A stretch of DNA of 64,000 nucleotides from Candidatus Parvarchaeota archaeon. Its GTDB lineage: Archaea; Nanobdellota; Nanobdellia; WJKC01. Location of the stretch: contig JAFCFT010000001.1 in NCBI GenBank assembly GCA_017608505.1, positions 5,833-69,832 of the forward strand, written 5' to 3'. This document shows positions 48,826 through 56,118 of this stretch, in pieces. Below the pieces are notes generated by a model, which was given only the letters and a program-made list of their open reading frames with translations, was not told the DNA's origin and did no database searches. A program made the translations under genes and the position numbers. Each line of letters starts with the position of its first letter. Within the stretch, counting starts at the first letter, position 1.

Positions 48826-49094
48826 TGCGACTTCATGCATTTATTTCTGGCATTGTGCAAGGCGTGTTTTTTAGAAGCAATACAGTAGCGCATGCTAAGC
48901 AATTAGGTCTTAAAGGATGGGTTCGCAATCTAGATGACGGCAGAGTGGAAGTTGTTGCAGAAGGGGGCGTAGAGTCTTTAAAAAAACTTCTTAAGTGGCT
49001 ATATAAAGGCCCTTCTGGAGCCATTGTTAAAAAAGTCGAGTATGAATGGCTTGACGCAACAGGCGAGTTTAGTGATTTTGAAATTTTATACTAG
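48822..49094 (+). CDS. acyP: acylphosphatase
   Basis: GIVQGVFFR, GWVRNLDDGRVE. Confidence 0.96.
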   Translation: MMRLHAFISGIVQGVFFRSNTVAHAKQLGLKGWVRNLDDGRVEVVAEGGVESLKKLLKWLYKGPSGAIVKKVEYEWLDATGEFSDFEILY

Positions 49095-49698
49095 ATAAAA
49101 CTATTTGATTTGCGAGTTTCCACATTGAGATGCCTGTTTTTTCTGATTCTTCTTTTAATTTTTCTTTTAAATATTCAGGAACTTGCACAGACCTGTTTTT
49201 ATATAATATATCCTCATTATTCCATTCTATTTTTGTATTAAAAAAATAATGCTCGTACAAACTTGCTCTTACAAGTTCTGAAAATGAAAATATTCGTTTG
49301 TATGACATATTGTTAATTGCTTCTGCTGTTTTTCTTCCATACGCAAAATTAATAAATGCCTTTTTTTGATTTTTTGCGTTATTTTCTCTTATTAAACTTT
49401 CAAGCCCATCTATTGCGCACCTTACTTTTTCTGAGAAATTTTCAGCATTATCTATATAATAGACAGGCGTAACCACGCTTAAGAGCACTTTTTTACAAGA
49501 AGGATTATAATAATACAATTTATATTTTTCAAGCTCTGGCATTTCCTTCTTTTTTATTCTGCCTATGTCTTGGAAATAAAGAGCTAATCTTATAGAATCT
49601 CCTTTTGAGCTGTAAAGACTTTCAAGAAATTCATACTGCCTTTTATATATAGATATGCTGGTGATCTTTGTTTTAGGCCTTGGAAATTCAATTGTCAT
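49069..49698 (-). CDS. putative DNA-binding protein with up to four tandem RHH-like repeats
   Basis: Four strand-helix-helix units ending SKGDSIRLAL, NFSEKVRCAI, SFSELVRASL and ISMWKLANQIV. Confidence 0.6.
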   Translation of the reverse strand: MTIEFPRPKTKITSISIYKRQYEFLESLYSSKGDSIRLALYFQDIGRIKKKEMPELEKYKLYYYNPSCKKVLLSVVTPVYYIDNAENFSEKVRCAIDGLESLIRENNAKNQKKAFINFAYGRKTAEAINNMSYKRIFSFSELVRASLYEHYFFNTKIEWNNEDILYKNRSVQVPEYLKEKLKEESEKTGISMWKLANQIVLSSIKFQNH

Positions 49699-49710
49699 GT
49701 ATTGCTTATT

Positions 49711-50382
49711 CTATCTTTTTTTCTTAAAAAAATTTTTGGCAGGACCTTCTTTAATTGCCCATCCAAAACCTATCCCTATTGCTATTGCAAGCCCCATGCT
49801 AATTCCAAGCACTAAGTATCTAAATGAATCTTCAATTAACGCAGTGTTTTCTAATCCAAACTTTGGAAGCGCCATTACAATTCCTAAAAAAAGAGTAATT
49901 CCATAGACAACTCCGCTAATTGTTTCTTTAAAAGGAAACGTTGAACTTAAAATATGTCTCTTGAAAAAATCTGCAAGTATCAATGTTATGACTATTATTA
50001 CTGAGCCAAGAATTATTGAAGGGATAGCTGTAAGGACTCCTCCTAGAAGCTCTGCAATGAATGTAAGCGTTGCTTTTGATGCTGCTTCTTTTAAAAACAC
50101 TATTAAAATATAATACTTGATAATTACGCTTGTTGTTTTTTCTACTGAAATGTTAAATAGCGGTTCTTTTAATTTTGCTTTTTCAACCCACTTGTCAACT
50201 TCCCAGGCATGCATTAATTTATAAAGAATTTTTTCTGTGAGCTTTGCAATGAGCCATCCTAAAATTATTATTATCAAAGCTGTAGCTGCTTTTGGTATTG
50301 CAATTATTGTATTGCTGATAATTTCATTTATAAGTTGCGTTGGGAGATCAAGCATCTCATAAGTCATATTTGCGCTAGCCAT
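49711..50382 (-). CDS. TM-helix-repeat membrane protein (CmpX/MscS N-terminal-like)
   Basis: Repeated IP...A.II...GW.IA units, LAIAIGIGFG terminus. Confidence 0.75.
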   Translation of the reverse strand: MASANMTYEMLDLPTQLINEIISNTIIAIPKAATALIIIILGWLIAKLTEKILYKLMHAWEVDKWVEKAKLKEPLFNISVEKTTSVIIKYYILIVFLKEAASKATLTFIAELLGGVLTAIPSIILGSVIIVITLILADFFKRHILSSTFPFKETISGVVYGITLFLGIVMALPKFGLENTALIEDSFRYLVLGISMGLAIAIGIGFGWAIKEGPAKNFFKKKR

Positions 50383-50464
50383 TAATTATTATTTACTCAT
50401 TGATTAATTTAATAATGTTTTGGGTAGTAACACTTAAAAAGCGCACGCTTTATTTTTACAGAAT

Positions 50465-50653
50465 ATGATAATTAAAGGCCTTGATAAGGAGCTTGAATTT
50501 GATTTTAGGGGCTCTGTGCTAGCTTTGCTTAAAGCCCTTAAATTAAATCCAGTAGAGCATTTAGTGATTGTAAATGGGGAACTTGCGCACGAGTCAAAGC
50601 ATTTATGCGGCAACGAAGAAGTCAAAATAATTCGCGTGGTTTCAGGAGGTTGA
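50465..50653 (+). CDS. ubiquitin-like sulfur carrier (ThiS/MoaD/SAMP/TtuB type)
   Basis: VNGE, C-terminal VVSGG; directly upstream of NcsA. Confidence 0.92.
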   Translation: MIIKGLDKELEFDFRGSVLALLKALKLNPVEHLVIVNGELAHESKHLCGNEEVKIIRVVSGG

Positions 50654-50655
50654 AT

Positions 50656-51477
50656 ATGAAGTGCGAGTCTTGCGGAAAACCTGCAGTTGTCAATAAATAT
50701 TGCAAAACATGTTTTATAAAATACTTTGAAAAAGAATTTAAAAAAGGTCTTGGCAACCTTAAAGGCAAGTCTTTGTGCGTTGCTGTTTCAGGGGGAAAAG
50801 ACTCGCTGACGACTCTTTATTTAACAAAAAAATTCTATCCAAAAAACAAGATTCTTGCCTTATTAATTGACGAAGGGATTAAAGGATACAGGCCTCACAC
50901 TATCAAATCTTTGAAAAAATATGCCAAAGAATGGGACATTCCTTATAAAATTGTAAAATTTGAAAAGCCGCTTGACGATATTAAAGGAAGTCGCGCATGC
51001 AGTGTTTGCGGCGTGTTGCGCCGTTATTACTTGAACAAACATGCGCGCGGCTTTGACGTTTTAATTACTGGGCACAACCTTGATGACGAAGCGCAAGCAA
51101 CACTAATGAATGTATTCATGCGCTATGCTTCGCGCTTTAAGCGAATGACAATGCCATTAGTTACACACAAATTATTCATTAAGCGCATAAAGCCTTTGCG
51201 CCATTTAAGCGAACGCGAAGTCATGGCATACTTTATTCTTAAAGGGTTTGATACTCCTATGGATGAATGCCCTTATGCGCGCAGCAGTTTCCGCGATGTA
51301 GTGAGAACTGCATTAAATGAATTCGAATGCAAGCACCCTGGCTCAAAATTAAACATAATAAAGGCCTACGATTCCCTAAACATTAGCAACAGCACAGGAC
51401 ACTTAAGCTCATGCATATACTGCAATGAACCTTCAAGCAACGAGGTGTGTCAAGCATGCAAGATATTAAGGAATTAG
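50656..51477 (+). CDS. ncsA: tRNA 2-thiolation protein NcsA/TtuA (PP-loop ATPase)
   Basis: ATG 50656 follows GGAGG. N- and C-terminal Zn fingers, SGGKDS, CSVCGVLRR, TGHNLDDE, CPY. Confidence 0.92.
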   Translation: MKCESCGKPAVVNKYCKTCFIKYFEKEFKKGLGNLKGKSLCVAVSGGKDSLTTLYLTKKFYPKNKILALLIDEGIKGYRPHTIKSLKKYAKEWDIPYKIVKFEKPLDDIKGSRACSVCGVLRRYYLNKHARGFDVLITGHNLDDEAQATLMNVFMRYASRFKRMTMPLVTHKLFIKRIKPLRHLSEREVMAYFILKGFDTPMDECPYARSSFRDVVRTALNEFECKHPGSKLNIIKAYDSLNISNSTGHLSSCIYCNEPSSNEVCQACKILRN

Positions 51478-51728
51478 TTTTAAAGGAAAAATCAAGAACT
51501 GACGAAGCTTTCAGAGCAATGACTGTGAAAGACGACAAATCTGCGCGCGATTTGTACGAGTTGGCAAAATCCTATTATGAAGACGCAAAATACTTCCAAA
51601 GCAAAGGAGCTTACTTAGAAGCTTTAGAACTGTATTCTTATCTTTGGGGCTTGCTTGATGCTGGAGCCCGCCTAGGCCTCTTTGACCCAGGAACTGCGCG
51701 AAAACATTTTAAAATAGAACAAGATTAA
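51447..51728 (+). CDS. DUF357-family archaeal protein
   Basis: A.SYYEDAKYF...A....Y..G.LDAGARLG pattern. Confidence 0.8.
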   Translation: MSSMQDIKELVLKEKSRTDEAFRAMTVKDDKSARDLYELAKSYYEDAKYFQSKGAYLEALELYSYLWGLLDAGARLGLFDPGTARKHFKIEQD

Positions 51729-51735
51729 TTCTTTT

Positions 51736-52137
51736 GTGAAATACCGTTCTGAAAGCCAAAAAGAAGTTTCTTTATTTATTTTTAAAAACACGCCTTCTGC
51801 AAGGAACAAAGTTGATGCAATACTTACAGAAACAGACGCTTATGCAACATATATTGAAGGCATAAAATATTCAACTCTAATAATTGACAAAGACCTTGCT
51901 GAATTAGTCAAATCCCGCCTAAAAGGCGCAATAAAAAAAGAAATCAAGGACTTAACAGCTTTTTTCTTGTCTTTCCCAAAACAAGCGCTTACAACGCCTG
52001 GCATATTGTTTTTTATGTTAAATAGATTCAAGCAGCTAAATATTAATATAGTCCAACTAATTACCTCTTACACAAATTTGATAATTGTAGTCAGCAAAGA
52101 AGACGGAATCAGAGCTCAAAAATTATTGGGTGTGTAA
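51736..52137 (+). CDS. ACT-domain protein
   Basis: TPGIL...INIVQLITSYT.LIIVV...D ACT pattern. Confidence 0.72.
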   Translation: MKYRSESQKEVSLFIFKNTPSARNKVDAILTETDAYATYIEGIKYSTLIIDKDLAELVKSRLKGAIKKEIKDLTAFFLSFPKQALTTPGILFFMLNRFKQLNINIVQLITSYTNLIIVVSKEDGIRAQKLLGV

Positions 52138-52807
52138 TGTGAGCGAAGAAGAAGCTTTGTCTGTAAGAGAACTCTTAAAAGGAGTATACGACCTGCTTGC
52201 GCAAAGAAATGAGCACGAAAACATTGTTTTTGAAAAGCCCTGCGCCACATTGATTGCTTACGACTTTGATTTGCACAGAAAAAGAAGAGGATACATGCGT
52301 TACGCAGAAGCAAACATATACAATTTTAATGGCAAACAATATTTGATAGCCAGGGGAGAAAAGTGCGGCAGTTACCCTGCTGAGCCTTATGACAGCGACA
52401 TACTTTATGTTGAAGTGTTGTCTAAAGAAAACATTCAAGACCTGATAAAAAAATATGAAGAAAAAACAGACTTATGTTTAATGGACAAAATGTATTTAGA
52501 TCTATTACGTTGCGACCTTGATCTCATAGATAATGGCGGTTTTATTGAAAGCCTTATAGAACGATGCAGATATTTTGAGAATTCCTTAATAGTTGGATAT
52601 GCTGATGGGCGTATCACACTTGAACCAGAACTACTTGAAATGTTAGGTCCAAAAATAGAAGATATGATCTATCAAGATGTGGAGCGCGACAGCAGATACA
52701 TTGCATTTTCAACACTTAAACCTGTTGTTGTAAAACAAATGAAGTACAAGCCAGAATTTGTCGAAGTTTTGACAGAAACTATTGAAAAATATTTGAGGGG
52801 TTTGTAA
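52130..52807 (+). CDS. hypothetical protein
   Basis: 225-aa ORF with protein-like composition; no motif recognised. Confidence 0.7.
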   Translation: MCNVSEEEALSVRELLKGVYDLLAQRNEHENIVFEKPCATLIAYDFDLHRKRRGYMRYAEANIYNFNGKQYLIARGEKCGSYPAEPYDSDILYVEVLSKENIQDLIKKYEEKTDLCLMDKMYLDLLRCDLDLIDNGGFIESLIERCRYFENSLIVGYADGRITLEPELLEMLGPKIEDMIYQDVERDSRYIAFSTLKPVVVKQMKYKPEFVEVLTETIEKYLRGL

Positions 52808-52819
52808 ATTAAATTGAAA

Positions 52820-53497
52820 TTATATTTTAAATAACATTGTTTTATAAATATTAATTAACACCGTCTTGTTAATCCTTGAGGCGCCCATTTTATGTGAATG
52901 CCCTGAGAAGCAAATTAAAGGTTGATAATTCTTAATAATTTTTAATAAAATTTTGGACCCAAATCTGCTTTTATTATGTATTGATTTGTCAAAAAATCCA
53001 TACGGGGGTGTATGCGAGAAAACTAAGTCAACTTTTTTTAGTTTATTTAATAACTCATTAATTTCTATTTCCATTTTAACTGCTTTGTTAATTTTTTCAG
53101 GCCTGTTTTTTTCGCACCACCAACGTTCCATAAAAAAGTCCAAAAATAAAACATTAAGACCATTAATCTTTACTAACTTGTTGCCAACATATTCGATGTT
53201 ATTTTTTTTAAAAAAATTTAGTAGACCTTCTTTTATATTTAAATCTGCGTTTCCTAAAATTGCTAAACAAGGTTTTTTGGTAAGCAAGGTACTTAAGACT
53301 TTCTTACTTGATTCAAGTAAGACTTCTATGGCGTCATTTTCTGTTCCTTTATTATTTAATATAAAATCTCTCAATAGTGAGGCGTTACCATAATCTCCTA
53401 GCAGTATTATCATGTCAGCAGAGTCGTCAACAAAGGGGATTTCCCCATGAAGATCTGAAATTATCTGAATATTAGTGATATTTTTAAATTGATTCAT
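52820..53497 (-). CDS. calcineurin-like metallophosphoesterase
   Basis: SDLHG, LGD, GNAD, SHTPP, GHSH. Confidence 0.9.
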   Translation of the reverse strand: MNQFKNITNIQIISDLHGEIPFVDDSADMIILLGDYGNASLLRDFILNNKGTENDAIEVLLESSKKVLSTLLTKKPCLAILGNADLNIKEGLLNFFKKNNIEYVGNKLVKINGLNVLFLDFFMERWWCEKNRPEKINKAVKMEIEINELLNKLKKVDLVFSHTPPYGFFDKSIHNKSRFGSKILLKIIKNYQPLICFSGHSHKMGASRINKTVLINIYKTMLFKI

Positions 53498-53701
53498 CAG
53501 TAATAAACAATTATGGATTCTATTAAATATTTTTCAGTAAGTTACTAAAAACATATTAATGAGTCTATTGAAGCGAGAAAAAATTTTGAAAATCAAATGT
53601 TTGAAGTTTTTGAAAGACAGATTTTTCTTTTTAATTTTATATAAAGGTCCATTGAACCTATTGAGTAACCTTTAAAAAGGATTACACATTTCCTTGACTC
53701 T

Positions 53702-53863
53702 ATGGCTGACACTTGCATTTCATGCAAAAAGGACATAAGCACTATTGAGAACTCTGTCATTTTTAAATGCCCGAAATGCGGTGAAAAAATAGTACGATGC
53801 GGCAGGTGTCGCAAATTAGGGATTAATTACAAATGCCCTAAATGCGGGTTGGAGGGTTTATAA
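53702..53863 (+). CDS. small Zn-ribbon protein (DUF1610/HVO_2753-like), absent from the ORF track
   Basis: MADTCISCKKDISTIENSVIFKCPKCGEKIVRCGRCRKLGINYKCPKCGLEGL: four CxxC motifs, in the usual archaeal position before EF-1beta. Confidence 0.92.
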   Translation: MADTCISCKKDISTIENSVIFKCPKCGEKIVRCGRCRKLGINYKCPKCGLEGL

Positions 53864-53864
53864 T

Positions 53865-54134
53865 ATGGGAAAAGTGCTCGTAACTTTAAGAGTTATGCCA
53901 AAAGGCGTTGAAACAGACCTTGACAAATTAATGGAAGATATAAAAGAGATTTTAAGCAAGCATGCAGAAGGCGAGGCAGGCTTTAAAAAAGTGCCAATTG
54001 CTTTTGGCTTAGTGAGTTTGGAAGTCAATTTTGTTATGGATGAAAAAGAAGGAGGAACAGAGCCAATAGAAAAGGAAATAAGCAATTTAGAAGACGTGTC
54101 TGGCGTTGATACAATTGGCGTAACATTACTTTAA
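53865..54134 (+). CDS. ef1b: translation elongation factor aEF-1beta
   Basis: MGKV...VMP, PIAFGL, EGGTE. Confidence 0.95.
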   Translation: MGKVLVTLRVMPKGVETDLDKLMEDIKEILSKHAEGEAGFKKVPIAFGLVSLEVNFVMDEKEGGTEPIEKEISNLEDVSGVDTIGVTLL

Positions 54135-54527
54135 TTCTTTTGCAAAAATAATTGCTTTTTTATTTGGGTATATCCCTTTTTGTTTATTAATTTCTTTAAA
54201 GCCAAGTTTTTTTAACATTTCAATTCTTTTTTTCTTCCCCTCTTTTTCTATCACTCCAATTCTTTTTAATTTTAGAGCTTTGCATTTTGTGTACAGTTCT
54301 TTAAACAAGGCTATGTCTTCCTTTTTAACAGCCCATGCATTGATTTCAAGCATGTTATGCAATTTTTGGGCAAGGATTACACCATTAATTTCTTTTTCAA
54401 CACTTATGAGTGAGACATTTGCATCTTTTATGTTTCTTAGTATGCTCGTTATGTTAATGTCAAGCCCATGATTTTTTAAGAAGTCCCAAATTCTTATTGC
54501 ATCTTGCGTTTTTGGCTTTAAAATCAT
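54126..54527 (-). CDS. degenerate GNAT/RimI-like protein
   Basis: INGVI, LEI...AV, KLGF...IY...A..F pattern; acetyl-CoA RxxGxG loop missing. Confidence 0.5.
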   Translation of the reverse strand: MILKPKTQDAIRIWDFLKNHGLDINITSILRNIKDANVSLISVEKEINGVILAQKLHNMLEINAWAVKKEDIALFKELYTKCKALKLKRIGVIEKEGKKKRIEMLKKLGFKEINKQKGIYPNKKAIIFAKELK

Positions 54528-54561
54528 AATAATTATAACAAAGAATTGATTATTAATTTTT

Positions 54562-55452
54562 GTGATAGACAAAATTGTTAGAGATATTAAGTCTTTAAAG
54601 ATTCAAGGCGCATCTAACATTGCTTGGACAGGCCTCCATGCCTTGGATTATGTGGCAAGGACTTCAAAAGCTAAGAGCAAGAAAGAGTTCTTAAACGAAT
54701 TGCGTGCTGCAAAAAACAAATTATTTGATGCTAGGCCTACTGAGCCCATGCTTCGCAACGCCGTAAGATACGTTCTTTTCAAGGCAAAAGAAACTGACGA
54801 ATTTAATTACAGAAAAGAGACGCGCGATTACATAAAATCATTATATGGAAGCGCTATTAAAGCAAAGAAGCGCGTAATTGATATTGGCAAAAATGTTGTC
54901 AAAAAAAATTACACTGTTTTGACACACTGCCACTCAAGCACTGTTGCAGGAATTCTTAAAAAAGCAAAGCCAAAAAAAGTCATATGCACAGAAACCAGAC
55001 CTTTGTTTCAAGGCAGGATAACTGCAAAAGAACTTGTTAGCGCAGATATAAATACTACTATGATTATTGACAGCGCAGTTGCTGATTTCATTAAAGAGGC
55101 AGACATAGTCCTTCTTGGGTGCGACGTGATAGCTCCAAATTATGTTGTTAATAAAATAGGTTCTAAATGCATAGGGTTGTTGTGTGAAAAGTACGACATT
55201 CCTTTATACATCTGTTCAACAAGTTTCAAGTTTGACCCAGAGTCAAGATATGGCGTTGGCGTCAAGATAGAAGAGCGAAGCCCAAAAGAAGTATGGAACA
55301 AACCTCCAAAAAATCTTAAAATACTAAATCCGGCTTTTGACATCATTGATTACGACAACATCACAGGGTTTATTAACGAGTTGGGAGTCTTTAGTCCTGA
55401 CTCTTTGTTTGTCACTTTACGCGAAAAATACAAATGGATGTTTGAACCATGA
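54562..55452 (+). CDS. ribose-1,5-bisphosphate isomerase (eIF-2B alpha/beta/delta family)
   Basis: IQGA, RPTEP, LTHCHS (catalytic Cys), ETRP, GCD, NKIG, NPAFD; linked to AMP phosphorylase. Confidence 0.9.
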   Translation: MIDKIVRDIKSLKIQGASNIAWTGLHALDYVARTSKAKSKKEFLNELRAAKNKLFDARPTEPMLRNAVRYVLFKAKETDEFNYRKETRDYIKSLYGSAIKAKKRVIDIGKNVVKKNYTVLTHCHSSTVAGILKKAKPKKVICTETRPLFQGRITAKELVSADINTTMIIDSAVADFIKEADIVLLGCDVIAPNYVVNKIGSKCIGLLCEKYDIPLYICSTSFKFDPESRYGVGVKIEERSPKEVWNKPPKNLKILNPAFDIIDYDNITGFINELGVFSPDSLFVTLREKYKWMFEP

Positions 55453-56102
55453 AAAGAGCATTAATTTTTGATGCAACAGGACTTTTGTACTATCGCGAGC
55501 CAGGGCATTACGAGCCATTAAGAGAATTGCTTAGAAGGCAGGGCCTAAAAGTTAGAAATCCTTGGATTGTTTATGACGTTGTAAATAGATACTCAAAAGT
55601 AGGCATTATTCATCAAAAAGAAATGATTGAAATCTTTTTAAAAGTGCTTGGAATTTACACTCCTAAATTTGCAAGAGAATATTTTAAGACCTACAAAAAA
55701 TTAAAGTCGCAAGTTAAATTATGCCCTCATGTTAAAGAAGGACTTAAAAAATTATATGACATGGGCTTTAAATTATTTGTATTTTCTGACAGTTCTACAA
55801 CATCTCTTGAAAAACTTAAATGGCTTAAAAAATTAAAAATTGCAAAGTACTTTGACAAAGTCATTTGCTCTTGCGACGTTGGCTACTTAAAAAGCGACAT
55901 TAAAAAATTTAGAAAATTCTTGAGAATGATAAATGTTAGAAAAAACAATGCAGTTTTTGTTTACCACGAGCTTCAAGATGTTGTAAGCGCCAAGCTTTTA
56001 GGCGTTACATGCGTAAGCGTCAAAAAAGGCATTTTAGAAGATTATTACATTAAAGACTTAAGCGAACTTCCAGAACTTATGAAAAAACTAAATAAGTGTT
56101 AG
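55449..56102 (+). CDS. HAD-superfamily hydrolase with atypical motifs
   Basis: LIFDATG (motif I), FSD, S..VG..K, VFVYH...D. Confidence 0.8.
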   Translation: MKRALIFDATGLLYYREPGHYEPLRELLRRQGLKVRNPWIVYDVVNRYSKVGIIHQKEMIEIFLKVLGIYTPKFAREYFKTYKKLKSQVKLCPHVKEGLKKLYDMGFKLFVFSDSSTTSLEKLKWLKKLKIAKYFDKVICSCDVGYLKSDIKKFRKFLRMINVRKNNAVFVYHELQDVVSAKLLGVTCVSVKKGILEDYYIKDLSELPELMKKLNKC

Positions 56103-56118
56103 CATCCTTAATTTTTCT

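Noticed and set aside
50465..51477. Ubiquitin-like protein as a novel conjugation or defence system
   Set aside because: Adjacent NcsA/TtuA explains it as the known tRNA-thiolation sulfur carrier; no E2 or JAB partner in view.
53575..53620. Short TTTGAA repeats upstream of the Zn-finger gene
   Set aside because: Low complexity and irregular spacing; not distinguishable from background.
53593..53814. 73-aa minus-strand ORF
   Set aside because: Antisense shadow of the Zn-finger gene at 53702-53863.
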